Source of the DNA: Candidatus Deferrimicrobiaceae bacterium
GTDB lineage: Bacteria; Desulfobacterota; Deferrimicrobia; Deferrimicrobiales; Deferrimicrobiaceae
DNA length: 64,000 bases
Direction: 5' to 3'
Assembly: GCA_963792415.1 (NCBI GenBank)
Contig: CAWBVY010000004.1
Span: 64,001-128,000 of the forward strand
This document shows positions 24,180 through 35,900 of this stretch, piece after piece (the first letter of the stretch is position 1; every line of letters starts with the position of its first letter). The position numbers and the translations under genes were made by a program. The notes beneath the pieces are model-generated. The model searched no databases. It was not told the origin of the DNA and was given only the letters and a program-made list of their open reading frames with translations.

Positions 24180-26573
24180 ATGCAGCCGACCGTTGAACGA
24201 TCGAACCCCGAGGGGTATCCCCTGACGGAAGAGGTGCTGCGACGGATGGACGCCTACTGGCGCGCGGCCAACTACCTCTCCGTCGGCCAGATCTACCTGC
24301 TCGCCAACCCGCTGCTGCGGGAGCCCCTTCGCATGGAGCACGTGAAGCCGCGGCTGCTCGGCCACTGGGGAACCACCCCGGGGCTCAACTTCATCTACGT
24401 CCACCTGAACCGGGTGATCCGCGCGAACGACCTGAACATGATCTATATCGCGGGTCCCGGGCACGGCGGCCCGGCCCTGGTGGCGAACACCTGGCTCGAG
24501 GGGACGTACAGCGAGGTGTACCCCGACGTCCCGCGGAACGAAGAGGGGATGCGGACGCTGTTCCGGCAATTCTCCTTCCCCGGCGGGATCCCCAGCCACG
24601 TGGCCCCCGAAACCCCGGGATCGATCCACGAAGGGGGGGAGCTGGGGTACGCCCTCTCCCACGCCTTCGGGGCGGCCTTCGACAACCCCGACCTGATCGC
24701 GGCGTGCGTGGTCGGCGACGGCGAGGCGGAGACCGGACCGCTCGCCGCGTCGTGGCACTCCAACAAGTTCCTGAACCCGATCACGGACGGGGCGGTCCTG
24801 CCGATCCTGCACCTCAACGGGTACAAGATCGCCAATCCCGCGATCCTCGCGCGGATCCCCCCGCAGGAGCTCGCCAACCTGTTCGACGGCTACGGATACG
24901 AGCCGTGGTTCGTCGAAGGGGACGACCCCGCGACGATGCACCGGAAGATGGCGTCGGCGCTGGACACGGTGATCATGAAGATCCGCTCCATCCAGATGGA
25001 AGCGCGCACCACCGGGAAGACGGCGCGTCCCCGGTGGCCGATGATCATCCTCCGCACGCCGAAAGGGTGGACGGGCCCGAAAACCGTGGATGGAAAACAG
25101 ACGGAAGGCTCCTGGAGGTCCCACCAGGTCCCCTTCGGGGCCATGGCGGGAAAGCCCGATCGCCTCCGGATGCTGGAGGAGTGGATGAAGGGGTACCGGC
25201 CGGAGGAGCTCTTCGACGAGGGCGGCCGGCTGCGGCCGGAACTCGCGGAGTTGCCGCCGGAGGGAAACCGGCGGATGGGGGCCAACCCCCACGCCAACGG
25301 GGGCGTCCTGCTCAAGGATCTCGCGATGCCCGATTACCGGGAGTACGCCGTAGAGGTTCCGAAGCCGGGGGGGGCGACGGCGGCGGCGACCCGCGTGATG
25401 GGGAGGATGCTCCGCGACGTGATGAAGCGGAACGCCGAGGCGAGGAACTTCCGGGTGATGGGTCCGGACGAGACCGCATCGAACCGTCTCGACGCACTCT
25501 TCGAGGCGACCGACCGCACCTGGGTGGCCGCGACGCTCCCCGGCGACGACCACCTCTCCCCCGACGGGCGGGTGATGGAGATCCTGAGCGAGCACACGTG
25601 CCAGGGGTGGCTCGAGGGATACCTCCTCACCGGCCGGCACGGCCTCTTCTCCTGCTACGAGGCGTTCATCCACATCGTGGACTCGATGTTCAACCAGCAC
25701 GCCAAGTGGCTGAAGACGACGTCGACGGAGATCCCCTGGCGCCGCCCGATCGCCTCGCTCAACTATCTCCTGACCTCCCACGTCTGGCGGCAGGACCACA
25801 ACGGCTTCTCCCACCAGGACCCCGGCTTCATCGACCACGTGGTGAACAAGAAGGGGAACGTCATCCGGGTGTACCTGCCCCCCGACGCCAACTGCCTGCT
25901 GTACGTGACCGACAAGGTCCTGCGAAGCCGGAACCGGATCAACGTGATCGTCGCGGGGAAGCAGCCCTCCCCGCAGTGGCTGGACATGGACGCCGCCATC
26001 CATCACTGCACCGCCGGGATCGGGATCTGGAGGTGGGCGAGCAACGACGAGGGGGCGGAGCCGGACGTGGTGATGGCGTGCGCGGGGGACGTGCCGACGC
26101 TGGAGACGCTGGCGGCGGTCGACCTGCTCCGGAAACTCCTGCCCGACCTCCGCGTCCGGGTCGTGAACGTCGTGGACCTGATGACCCTGCAGCCCCGGGA
26201 GGAGCACCCCCACGGCCTGACGGACATCGAGTTCGACACCCTCTTCACCACGGACAAGCCGATCCTCTTCGCCTACCACGGCTACCCGTGGCTGATCCAC
26301 CGCCTGACGTACCGGCGGACGAACCACGGGAACCTCCACGTCCGGGGGTACAAGGAGGAGGGAACCACCACCACGCCGTTCGACATGGTGGTGCGCAACG
26401 ACCTGGACCGGTTCCACCTGGTGAACGACGTGATCGACCGGGTGCCCGGGCTCGCGGCCCGCGCGGCCTACACCAAGCAGGCCCTCCGGGACAGGCTGAT
26501 CGACCACCGGCAGTACATCACGCTCCACGGGGAGGACATGCCCGAGGTGCGGGAGTGGACGTGGCCGTACTGA
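24180..26573 (+). CDS. xfp: Phosphoketolase (Xu5P/F6P)
   Basis: [24 protein letters not shown] and [12 protein letters not shown] motifs. Confidence 0.95.
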   Translation: MQPTVERSNPEGYPLTEEVLRRMDAYWRAANYLSVGQIYLLANPLLREPLRMEHVKPRLLGHWGTTPGLNFIYVHLNRVIRANDLNMIYIAGPGHGGPALVANTWLEGTYSEVYPDVPRNEEGMRTLFRQFSFPGGIPSHVAPETPGSIHEGGELGYALSHAFGAAFDNPDLIAACVVGDGEAETGPLAASWHSNKFLNPITDGAVLPILHLNGYKIANPAILARIPPQELANLFDGYGYEPWFVEGDDPATMHRKMASALDTVIMKIRSIQMEARTTGKTARPRWPMIILRTPKGWTGPKTVDGKQTEGSWRSHQVPFGAMAGKPDRLRMLEEWMKGYRPEELFDEGGRLRPELAELPPEGNRRMGANPHANGGVLLKDLAMPDYREYAVEVPKPGGATAAATRVMGRMLRDVMKRNAEARNFRVMGPDETASNRLDALFEATDRTWVAATLPGDDHLSPDGRVMEILSEHTCQGWLEGYLLTGRHGLFSCYEAFIHIVDSMFNQHAKWLKTTSTEIPWRRPIASLNYLLTSHVWRQDHNGFSHQDPGFIDHVVNKKGNVIRVYLPPDANCLLYVTDKVLRSRNRINVIVAGKQPSPQWLDMDAAIHHCTAGIGIWRWASNDEGAEPDVVMACAGDVPTLETLAAVDLLRKLLPDLRVRVVNVVDLMTLQPREEHPHGLTDIEFDTLFTTDKPILFAYHGYPWLIHRLTYRRTNHGNLHVRGYKEEGTTTTPFDMVVRNDLDRFHLVNDVIDRVPGLAARAAYTKQALRDRLIDHRQYITLHGEDMPEVREWTWPY
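26510..26569 (+). repeat. Direct repeat copy A (xfp 3' end)
   Basis: 54/60 identical to 31067-31126 (hand count). Confidence 0.85.
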
Positions 26574-26634
26574 CGCGCGCGCGGGAGGCTACCCCGGGCC
26601 CGGAAGAAGACGACTGTAATAGGCACGCGCCCCT

Positions 26635-29088
26635 TTAGCGTGCCGGTGCGTTTCCGCCCTTGCCGTCCTGCCAGTACGGATACCAGGCCAGCGATATCAT
26701 GGAGACCGCGATGTCGGTCTTTTTCGGGCGAACCTCGCACGTCTCCAGTTCCTCGGCGAGGGGGTCACCGGCCGCGCCGACCTCGGCCATTTCCTGTTCC
26801 ATGAGCGCCTGGAGCTCGTCCTGCTGCTTCTGCAGCGCCTCGAGGTTTTCCTGGGCCCGCGCGACGTCTTGCGATTCCTTCAACGTGCGGCCCGCCCCGC
26901 GGGCGGTGGTTGCTGCCCGCCCGAGCGTCGACTGGCTAAATGCTTTCCTGCCGGTCAGCGCCGTCAGGATGGCCGTCCCGAAAGAGATGGCGGTCTGCAG
27001 CTTCTGCTGGCTCGCCTGGGTCTTTTCCCGCTCGGTGGCCAGCCCGGCGCGCCGGACCCGGTCCTGGAGCGCCGCGATTTTGGGGGCGTACTTTTGCCGC
27101 AGGCGCTCAACTTGCTGGTCCCGCTTCTCCCTGCCGGCCTGCTGCAGCCGGATGCGGAAGGCGCGCTCCGGCTCCCCGGGTCCGGAAAGCATCCCGGTGG
27201 CCGGGCTTTTCAGCAGCTCCAGCTTCCGGTTCCGGTAGACCCATTCCTTGAAGGCGTTCCCCCACCCGGCGTAATTCTTCGCGCCGGAGGCCTCCCCGCA
27301 CGGTGCGCTGAAGGTGGCGTCGGGGGCGTGCGGGAATTTCTCGAGATCGGCTTCCTTCATCTCCTCCTCCCGCGCTTCCCCCCAGTCGATCCGGGAGGGG
27401 GATTCGGAAAACTCGGCGAGGAGACAGATGTCTTTCCGGGCGGAGACCCCGATTTTTGCATTGCTGTAGTAGACCGTTCCCATCCCCAGCAGCATCGGTT
27501 CGTAGTGGAGGAGGGCCCCTTCGGGCGGCGGCACGCGCACGGACAGGTACCCCTGGGGGACTCCCGGAGGCAGCACGGGACGCGCGGTGGCGGGAGCGGC
27601 GGCGCGGGGTTTCGCGGCGGAAGGGCCGGCGGCCGCGGGCGGCGGAACAACCGGCGGAGCGGTGGTGCGCTCCGATTTGAACGGATCCATCAGCTGCTTG
27701 ACCTGGGTCCGTGTCAGGGGGCCGCGAAGGTACGACATCGCCCAGCGGGACTGGAAGACGACCGGCGCATCCTCGTGGACGTTGTTCATCAGGAACACCC
27801 GCTGGCCCAGCCCCGCGAGGAGCTGCTCCATCCGTTTCCGGTCGAACCGGCCGGCTCCCGTGGCGGCCGCCCCTTCCAGCCCGTCCAGCACCCGCTCCTT
27901 GTCGCGCTCGGTCTGCAGGCGTCCGAGGAACCAGGTCCCGGTGTTGGACAGCCCCTTGTAATCCAGGTCCACCGGGTTCTGCGTGGCGAGAACGATCCCC
28001 AGCCCGAACGCCCGGGCCTGCTTCAGGAGCGTCAGGAGGGGAGCTTTCGACGGCGGATTCGCCACGGGAGGGAAGTACCCGAAGATCTCGTCCATGTAGA
28101 ACAGCGCCCGCAGGCTGGTCGTGCCCGGCTGGGCCCGCATCCACCCCAGCAGCTGGGCGAGGAGCAGGGAAACGAAGAACATCCGCTCGGTATCGTTCAT
28201 GTGGGCGATGGAAAAGATCGACACCCGTGGTTTCCCGGCCGCCGTGTGGAACATCCGGTCGATGTCCAGCGGATCCCCCTCGAGCCACGCGGAGAATCCG
28301 GGCGCGGCCAGGAGATTGTTGAGCTTCATGGCGAGCGCGAACCGGTCCTTGGAGGGGAAGAACGATTCGAGGTCGAAGACGCCGATGCGGGTTACGGGCG
28401 GGGACTGGATCGCCTGGATGAATCCGGCCAGGTCCAGGTCCTGCCGCTGCTTCCATGTATTGTCGAGGATCGTGGAGAGGAGAATATGCTCCCGGCTCTG
28501 GACCGGGTCGCCCTCGATCCCCAGGAGATTCAGCAGGCCGGTGACCGTCGTGCCGATCCGCTCCCCGAGCAGTTCGTTATCCGCGACGACGGCGTCTCCC
28601 GGGAACGCGAACGATTTCAGGATCGACACCGGGATCCCGGCGGTGCTTCCCGGCGTGTAGATGGCGAACTCCGCGGCTTCCTTGAGCTTCCGGATCCTCT
28701 CCCCGTCCTGGCCCCAGTCGGCCAGCCCCTTCTTCCAGAGGGCGGCCTGCCCCGCCGCATACTCCTGCGGCGAGACCCCTTTCCTGCGCGCGTCCTCCTC
28801 GTTGATCCACGGAAGAAAATCCTCTTCCCGGAGATCGGGGAAGGTCAGCAGCAGGTTGGCCAGGTCCCCCTTGGGATCCAGCACGATGGCGGGGACGCCG
28901 TCGATCACCGCTTCCTCCAGGAGGGAGATGCACAGCCCCGTCTTGCCGCTCCCCGTCATCCCCACGCAGACCGCGTGGGTCACGAGATCCCGGGAATCGT
29001 AGAGGACCAGGTTTTCCCCGGGAGCGTTCTTGCCCAGATCGAATTCGCGTCCGAGGTAGAAAACTCCCAGTTTCTCGAAGTCCTGCAT
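26635..29088 (-). CDS. HerA/FtsK-like (DUF87-type) P-loop ATPase with coiled-coil C-terminus
   Basis: Walker A GMTGSGKT, DPKGD, Walker B FYMDE, RAFG and LATQNP motifs. Confidence 0.8.
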   Translation of the reverse strand: MQDFEKLGVFYLGREFDLGKNAPGENLVLYDSRDLVTHAVCVGMTGSGKTGLCISLLEEAVIDGVPAIVLDPKGDLANLLLTFPDLREEDFLPWINEEDARRKGVSPQEYAAGQAALWKKGLADWGQDGERIRKLKEAAEFAIYTPGSTAGIPVSILKSFAFPGDAVVADNELLGERIGTTVTGLLNLLGIEGDPVQSREHILLSTILDNTWKQRQDLDLAGFIQAIQSPPVTRIGVFDLESFFPSKDRFALAMKLNNLLAAPGFSAWLEGDPLDIDRMFHTAAGKPRVSIFSIAHMNDTERMFFVSLLLAQLLGWMRAQPGTTSLRALFYMDEIFGYFPPVANPPSKAPLLTLLKQARAFGLGIVLATQNPVDLDYKGLSNTGTWFLGRLQTERDKERVLDGLEGAAATGAGRFDRKRMEQLLAGLGQRVFLMNNVHEDAPVVFQSRWAMSYLRGPLTRTQVKQLMDPFKSERTTAPPVVPPPAAAGPSAAKPRAAAPATARPVLPPGVPQGYLSVRVPPPEGALLHYEPMLLGMGTVYYSNAKIGVSARKDICLLAEFSESPSRIDWGEAREEEMKEADLEKFPHAPDATFSAPCGEASGAKNYAGWGNAFKEWVYRNRKLELLKSPATGMLSGPGEPERAFRIRLQQAGREKRDQQVERLRQKYAPKIAALQDRVRRAGLATEREKTQASQQKLQTAISFGTAILTALTGRKAFSQSTLGRAATTARGAGRTLKESQDVARAQENLEALQKQQDELQALMEQEMAEVGAAGDPLAEELETCEVRPKKTDIAVSMISLAWYPYWQDGKGGNAPAR

Positions 29089-29206
29089 GGTTTCCCCCTT
29101 CGGCGGGTGGGAATGCTTAGGGCATTATATTTATTTCCGGGGGGCTGGCGCCCCGGTTATCCCCGGGGGTTGTCGATCAGGGGAAACGTTTTTCCGAACA
29201 CGTACG

Positions 29207-29343
29207 GCCGCCGCTGCCGCCGATCGTGGTATCGCGCGTGCTGAGAAGACCGGCGACTGCCGCAAGGATCTGCGGATTCCTGGTCACCAGATCCATCAGC
29301 CCCCCCATCGCGCTGCCACCCTGCCCGGCGCCACCGCTGGCGT
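29207..29343 (-). pseudogene. Possible gene remnant (YidB/DUF937-like fragment)
   Basis: Hand translation GGSAMGGLMDLVTRNPQILAAVAGLLSTRDTTIGGSGG looks protein-like; an in-frame stop lies just upstream and similarity is lost downstream. Family resemblance is from memory. Confidence 0.3.
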
Positions 29344-29561
29344 TGGGTGAATTCTACCATCCCGCAATGGATTCCGTGACCGCAGGCTTCCCCCTCGTGA
29401 TCCCCCGGCGCACGGAGACAGGCTTTCCTTGGACGGACCAAGCGATGTAAGTGGTATATCCCTTCGGGTTTGCAGAAAAAAAAAACGGAACTTCCCAGGA
29501 GTTATCGACGAATGTTAATATTTAGTTCTGCGTTTCAGATCCGAGGGACAAGGAGAATCCG

Positions 29562-29960
29562 ATGGACGGGAAGAAAAGATCGAACCGGCAGGTGTTCGTT
29601 GTCGTAACGATCATTGGGCTGCTGTTCGCGGCCGGATGCGGCTCCTCGAATAAAATGACCGCCCAAACGTCCGGGGAGAAGATCTTCGGGGCGGACAAAG
29701 CGTTCTCGGATGCCAGAGAGAGCAATGCGTCCCGGAACGCGAAGGAGGCTCTTGCGGTTGCGGAAGGAAAACTCGCGAAAGCCAAGGATGCCTTTGCCAA
29801 TAAGAACTATGAAGAGGCCGCCGACCTGGCGGACCAGGCTGTGATCGACGCGGAGTACGCCAAGGCCCGGGCCACGACCCAGAAGAACCTGGAGATCGCG
29901 GAAGGAATAAAGAAAGAGACCAACGACCTGCGCCAGGAAATCGAGCGGATGTCCAAATAA
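29562..29960 (+). CDS. DUF4398-like lipoprotein
   Basis: Lipobox AAGC, Ala-rich helices, located upstream of an OmpA-domain gene. Confidence 0.7.
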   Translation: MDGKKRSNRQVFVVVTIIGLLFAAGCGSSNKMTAQTSGEKIFGADKAFSDARESNASRNAKEALAVAEGKLAKAKDAFANKNYEEAADLADQAVIDAEYAKARATTQKNLEIAEGIKKETNDLRQEIERMSK

Positions 29961-29985
29961 CATTTCTTCACGGAGGGATCGGAAG

Positions 29986-30951
29986 ATGAATCATATTCAA
30001 TGGATCCGGATCAAAAGCGGGATGGGCATCCTCCTTCCGTTCGGTTTGCTCCTTCTCTTCGTCGCGGCGTGCGGCCCCTCCCAGAAGGAGATGATGGCCA
30101 AGGACCAGATGGACCGTGCCAAGAAAGCCTACGCGGAGGCCAAGGCCAACCCGAACGTGGAAGCCTATGCGCCGATGGAGCTGCAGGAAGCGGGCAAGGC
30201 CGTCCAGGTGGCCGAGAATGCGAAGGAAACGGACGACATTCTCCAGCTTGGCTACATCGCGGAGAGGAAGACGCAGGTTGCCGTGACCATCGCGGACGGC
30301 AAGGTGGCGGAGAGGGACATCGATAAGCTCAACGTGGAAAAAGCCCAGATGAACGCCAGGAAACAGACCCTGGAGGCGGAGCGCGCCAAGCAGGAAGCCG
30401 GAAAGGCGATGGACGAGGCGGAGCGGGCCCGGATGGCGGCGGCTGCCGAAGCGGAGAGGGCTGCGATCGCGAAACGGCAGGCGGATGCCGAAGCGGCGAA
30501 GGCAGCCAAGGCGAAAGCCGAATCCGACAAGCTCATGAAAGAGCTTGCGAGTCTCAAAGCCCAGCAGACGGAGCGGGGGATCGTCCTGACGATCGGAGAC
30601 GTGCTGTTCGCCACCGGCAAGGCGGATCTGTCGGTGAGCGCGAAAAAGAGCGTGGGGACCCTGGCCGAATTTTTACAGAAGAATCCGAACCGGAACGTGC
30701 TGATCGAGGGCCACACGGACAGCGTCGGGGCGGATGACTACAATCTGGCCCTTTCCCAGAGGAGAGCGGATTCGGTGAAAGACGATCTGTTGGAGAACGG
30801 GATCTATGCAGGCCGGATCACTGCCGTGGGGTATGGAAAGAAGTACCCCGTGGCCAGCAACGACACCGCGGCCGGCAAGGCGCAGAACCGTCGTGTGGAT
30901 GTGATCATCCTGAACGAAGGAGTCAAGGCGGAGAGCCAGATGCGAAAGTAA
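29986..30951 (+). CDS. OmpA-domain lipoprotein with DUF4398-like coiled-coil
   Basis: Lipobox VAAC; IEGHTDSVG, NLALSQRRA and NRRV OmpA_C motifs. Confidence 0.88.
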   Translation: MNHIQWIRIKSGMGILLPFGLLLLFVAACGPSQKEMMAKDQMDRAKKAYAEAKANPNVEAYAPMELQEAGKAVQVAENAKETDDILQLGYIAERKTQVAVTIADGKVAERDIDKLNVEKAQMNARKQTLEAERAKQEAGKAMDEAERARMAAAAEAERAAIAKRQADAEAAKAAKAKAESDKLMKELASLKAQQTERGIVLTIGDVLFATGKADLSVSAKKSVGTLAEFLQKNPNRNVLIEGHTDSVGADDYNLALSQRRADSVKDDLLENGIYAGRITAVGYGKKYPVASNDTAAGKAQNRRVDVIILNEGVKAESQMRK

Positions 30952-31066
30952 CCATTGGGTCCCCCCGGGGGATCCCCTGGGGATCAGCGATCGGGGAGAG
31001 GGCGGGAGATACCCCGCCCTCTCCGTTTTTTTCCCGGAAGATCGACCGGCCCGACCATGCCGCGAT

Positions 31067-31126
31067 GCAGTTCATCACGCTCCACAGGGAAGAGATTCCC
31101 GAGGTGCGGGAGCGGACGTGGCCGTA
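31067..31126 (+). repeat. Direct repeat copy B (degenerate xfp 3' end)
   Basis: Translates QFITLHREEIPEVRERTWP versus xfp [19 protein letters not shown]. Confidence 0.85.
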
Positions 31127-31170
31127 TTCGCCCGAATTTCTCGCCAGGCGAGTGCCGTGCTCCGGGGAGG

Positions 31171-32826
31171 CTACCCCCGACCCGTTGAGGAGAGGACCCG
31201 CGCGATGAGGGCCTGGGCCTCCTCCTGGATTTTCCGCAGGTGGTCCTCGCCCAGGAAGCTTTCGGCGTACAGCTTGTAGACGTCCTCGGTCCCCGAGGGA
31301 CGGGCGGCGAACCAGCCGTTCGCGGTGACCACCTTCAGGCCGCCGATCGCGGCGCCGTTCCCGGGGGCGGTCGTGAGCATCGCCTCGATCCGCTCCCCCG
31401 CCAGCGTATCCGCGGTCACCTGGGAAGGCGACAGCCTCGACAGCGCGGCTTTCTGCTCCATCGTCGCGGGGGCGTCGATCCGCTCGTATACCGGGGCGCC
31501 GAACTCCCGGGTAAGATCGGCGTACTGCTCGCCCGGGTCCCTGCCGGTGGTCGCCATCACCTCCGCCGCGAGCAGCCCGAGGATCAGCCCGTCCTTGTCG
31601 GTACTCCACGCCGTCCCGTCCTCCCGCAGGAACGAGGCGCCCGCGCTTTCCTCGCCGCCGAACCCGAGCGTGCCGTCCGACAGCCCCTCGACGAACCATT
31701 TGAACCCCACCGGCACCTCGTGGAGCCGGCGCGACAGGCGCGCCGCCACGCGATCGATCATCCCGCTGCTCACGACGGTCTTGCCGATCCCCGCATCGCT
31801 GCGCCACCCGGCCCGGTTCCGGAATAGGTAGTCGATCGCGACCGCAAGATAATGGTTCGGATTGAGCAGGCCGGCAGTCGGCGTCACGATCCCGTGCCGG
31901 TCGGCGTCCGTGTCGTTCCCGAAGGCGACGTCGAACCGGTCGCGCATGGCGATCAGCCCGGCCATCGCGAACGGGGAGGAGCAGTCCATCCGGATCTTCC
32001 CGTCCCAGTCGAGCGGCATGAACCGGAACGTCGGATCGACGATGGGGTTCACCACCGTGAGATCCAGGCCGTACCGATCGGCGATCGGCTCCCAGTACGC
32101 GGTCGCGGAGCCGCCCAGCGGGTCGACGCCGATCCGGATGCCGGCCCCGCGGATCGCCTCGAGGTTGAGCACCGCGCCGAGGTCGGCGACGTAGGAGCCG
32201 ACATAATCGTGAGAAACGGTCGTGCCCGCCGCAGCGGCACGCTCGAACGGAATCCTGCGGACCTCTTCGCGACCGGACCGCAGGATCGCGTTGGCGCGTT
32301 CCTCGATCGCTCGGGTGACCCCCGCATCCGCCGGACCTCCGTGCGGGGGGTTGTACTTGAACCCGCCGTCCTCGGGAGGATTGTGGGACGGGGTGATCAC
32401 GATCCCGTCGGCCAGGCCCTCCTTCCGTCCCCGGTTGTGGGAGAGGATGGCGTGGGAGATGACCGGCGTGGGGGTGCAGACCCCGTCACGGTCCACCATC
32501 ACCGTGACGCCGTTCCCCGCCAGCACCTCGAGCGCGCTGCGGAACGCCGGCTCCGAGAGGGCGTGGGTGTCCACCCCGAGGAAGAGCGGGCCCGTCGCCC
32601 CCCCCGACCCACGGCGCTCGCAGATCGCCTGTGTCACGGCGAGGATGTGGTCCTCGTTGAAGGAACGGGAGAAGGACGAACCGCGATGGCCGGACGTTCC
32701 GAAGGAGACCCGCTGCGAAGGCTCGGACGGGTCGGGATGTTCGATGAAATAGGCAGCGACCAGCCGCGGAACGTTGACGAGGTTCCTGGAACCGGTCCTT
32801 TTCCCTGCATTCGGGTGTCTCCCCAC
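31171..32826 (-). CDS. pgm: Phosphoglucomutase (alpha-D-glucose-1,6-bisphosphate-dependent)
   Basis: [21 protein letters not shown] and GEESAG motifs. Confidence 0.95.
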   Translation of the reverse strand: MGRHPNAGKRTGSRNLVNVPRLVAAYFIEHPDPSEPSQRVSFGTSGHRGSSFSRSFNEDHILAVTQAICERRGSGGATGPLFLGVDTHALSEPAFRSALEVLAGNGVTVMVDRDGVCTPTPVISHAILSHNRGRKEGLADGIVITPSHNPPEDGGFKYNPPHGGPADAGVTRAIEERANAILRSGREEVRRIPFERAAAAGTTVSHDYVGSYVADLGAVLNLEAIRGAGIRIGVDPLGGSATAYWEPIADRYGLDLTVVNPIVDPTFRFMPLDWDGKIRMDCSSPFAMAGLIAMRDRFDVAFGNDTDADRHGIVTPTAGLLNPNHYLAVAIDYLFRNRAGWRSDAGIGKTVVSSGMIDRVAARLSRRLHEVPVGFKWFVEGLSDGTLGFGGEESAGASFLREDGTAWSTDKDGLILGLLAAEVMATTGRDPGEQYADLTREFGAPVYERIDAPATMEQKAALSRLSPSQVTADTLAGERIEAMLTTAPGNGAAIGGLKVVTANGWFAARPSGTEDVYKLYAESFLGEDHLRKIQEEAQALIARVLSSTGRG

Positions 32827-32969
32827 GGCTCGCTCTCCTTAAGAAACGCGCTCGATGAGAACAGGGTACGACAGAACGGCGGCGCGCGCACGCCAGTATG
32901 TTGTCGACACGTTCTCGTGGCATAATATCTGGTTCAACCAGAATCACCCGTACGGAGAGGGCGGCTGAC

Positions 32970-35900
32970 ATGACAGCGAAGAGGAAATCGTTTCGCATAA
33001 ACGCCTCCGGCGTCCCGAAACCGACCGGGCTGTACGACCCGAAGAACGACCACGACAGCTGCGGCGTCGGGTTCATCGCGCGCATCGACGGCGTGTCCCT
33101 GCACGCCGTCGTCGAGCAGGGGATCCGGATCCTGGTCAACCTGGAGCACCGCGGCGCCCTGGGGGGCGACAAGTCCACCGGCGACGGGGCCGGCCTCCTC
33201 CTCGAGGTCCCCGACACCTTCTTCCGCCAGGTGTGCCCGGGGGACGGACTCTACCTTCCCGCGCGGGGCGAGTACGCCGCGGGGATGGTCTTCCTCCCCA
33301 TGGACGAAGCGCTTGCCGAGCGGTGCTCCGGGGCTCTCGAACAGATCGCCAACGCGGAAGGGTGCCCGGTCCTCGGGTGGCGCGAGGTGCCGGTCGACCC
33401 ATCGTTCCTCGGGGATCTCTCCGGGTCCACCCGGCCCCGGATCCGCCAGCTGTTCCTCGGGCGCGGAACCCACGAGGAAGATGCCTTCGAGCGGAAGCTG
33501 TATGTCATCCGCCGCCTCGCCGAGAAGGAGGTCGCCTCCTGGGACAATGTCGACACCAGCCAGTTCTACATTTCCAGCCTCTCCAGCCGGACGATCGTCT
33601 ACAAGGGGCTCCTGACCGGATCCCAGCTCCCGCGGTTCTACCCGGACCTGAACAACGAGCTCTTCATGAGCCCGTACGCGGTGGTCCACCAGCGATACAG
33701 CACGAACACCCTCCCCACCTGGCACCTGGCGCACCCGTTCCGGTTCGCCGCCCACAACGGGGAGATCAACACGCTGCGGGGGAACATCAACCGGATGCGG
33801 GCGCGGGAGGCGATCCTCGCCTCGCCGCTGTTCGGCGACGACATCGCGAAGCTGCGCCCCGTCATCAACGAGACGGGGAGCGACTCCGCCATCTTCGACA
33901 ACGTCCTCGAGCTGCTCGTGATGTCGGGACGGTCGCTGCCGCACGCCGTGATGATGATGATCCCCGAGGCGTGGGGCCCCAAGTTCCAGATGAGCGAGGA
34001 CAAGCGGTCGTTCTACGAGTACCACTCCACCATCATGGAGCCGTGGGACGGGCCGGCGGCGATGGTCTTCTGCGACGGGCGATACCTCGGCGCCACCCTC
34101 GACCGGAACGGACTGCGTCCCGCGCGGTACACCGTGACACGCGACGGGATGATCGTCCTCGCCTCGGAGACCGGGGTGATGGACATCCCGGCCGGCCGGA
34201 TCGTCCGGCGCGGCCGACTTCAGCCCGGGAGGATGCTCCTCCTCGACCTGCAGCAGAAGCGGATCGTCCCCGACAACGAGATCAAGGCGGCCATCTCCCG
34301 CCAAAAACCGTACCGGAAGTGGGTCAAGGACAACAAGATCGAGCTGCGGGGGCTCTTCGTCCCTTCCGAGATCCCCGCCGAAGACCCGGAAACGCTGCGA
34401 CGCAAGCAGCACGCCTTCGGATACACCGAGGAGGAGATCCGGCTCATCATCACGCCGATGGCGTCCCGGGGGCAGGAGGCGATCGGCTCGATGGGGGACG
34501 ACGCCGCGCTGGCGGTCCTGTCGAACCGGCCGCAGTCGCTCTTCGCCTACTTCAAGCAGCTCTTCGCCCAGGTGACGAACCCCCCGATCGACCCGCTCCG
34601 CGAGGAACTGGTGATGTCGCTGAACGGCTTCGTCGGGAAGGAGCGGAACCTTCTGGACGAGACCCCGGAGCATTGCCGCATGCTCCGCCTCATCCAGCCG
34701 ATCCTCACTCCGGAGGACATGCTCCGGCTTCGCGGCTCGACCCATCCGGACCTCGTCGCAGCCGACCTCGACATGCTCTTCCCGGCGGGCGGGGACGGCA
34801 AGGCTCTCCAGACGTCGCTGGCCAGGCTCTTCGTCCAGGCCGACAAGGCGGTCCGGGGGGGAGCGACCCTTCTCATCCTGACCGACAGGAACATGAACGC
34901 CGGCAACGCGCCGATCCCGTCGCTGCTCGCCACCGCGGGGCTGCACCATCACCTGATCCGCAGGGGTCTGCGGACGCAGGCGTCGATCGTCGTGGAAAGC
35001 GGCGAGCCCCGGGAGGTCATCCACTTCGCGCTCCTCCTCGGGTACGGCGCCAACGCGATCTGCCCCAGCACGGCCCTCTCCACGATCCGCGAGCTCGCCG
35101 AGAGCGAATCGCTGGAGGCTCCGCTGCTTCCGGGGGAGGCGGTGGACAAGTACGTCACCTCGGTGAAGAAGGGGCTCCTCAAGACCTTCAGCCGGATGGG
35201 GATCTCCACCCTGCGCAGCTTCCTCGGCTCCCAGATCTTCGAGGCGGTGGGGCTCGGGAAGGGGGTGGTGGAGAAATTTTTCACCAACACCGCCTCCCGC
35301 ATCGCCGGGATCGGGCTTTCCGAGATCGCCGCGGAAACCGTGGCGCGGCACCGGCGCGGCTTCCCGGCCGACGGCCGCTGGCGGAACGCGGACAACCTTC
35401 TCGACGTGGGCGGCGTCTACCAGCTCCGGGTCGACGGCGAGCGCCACCTGTGGACCCCGGAGTCGGTCTACAAGCTCCAGAGCGCGACCCGCCTGGACGA
35501 CTACGGGGTCTACAAGGAGTACGCGGCGCTCATCAACGACCAGTCGCTCGCGCACGCCACGCTGCGCTCGTTGTTCCGCTTCCGCAAGGGAACCCCGGTT
35601 CCCCTCGACGAGGTGGAGCCGGTCGAGAAGATCCTGCCGCGCTTCGTCACCGCGGCGATGTCGTTCGGCTCCATCAGCAAGGAGACCCACGAGACGATCG
35701 CCATCGCGATGAACCGGATCGGCGGGCGGAGCAACTCCGGGGAGGGCGGGGAGGATCCCGATCGGAACATCCCGCTACCGAACGGGGACAGCATGCGGTC
35801 CCGGATCCGGCAGGTCGCCTCCGCGCGCTTCGGGGCGACGACCGAGTACCTGGTGAACGCCGACGAGCTGCAGATCAAGATGGCGCAGGGGGCCAAGCCC

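Noticed and set aside
32917-32935. Sigma54 promoter upstream of gltB (TGGCAT...)
   Set aside because: The -12 element reads CTGG rather than TTGC.
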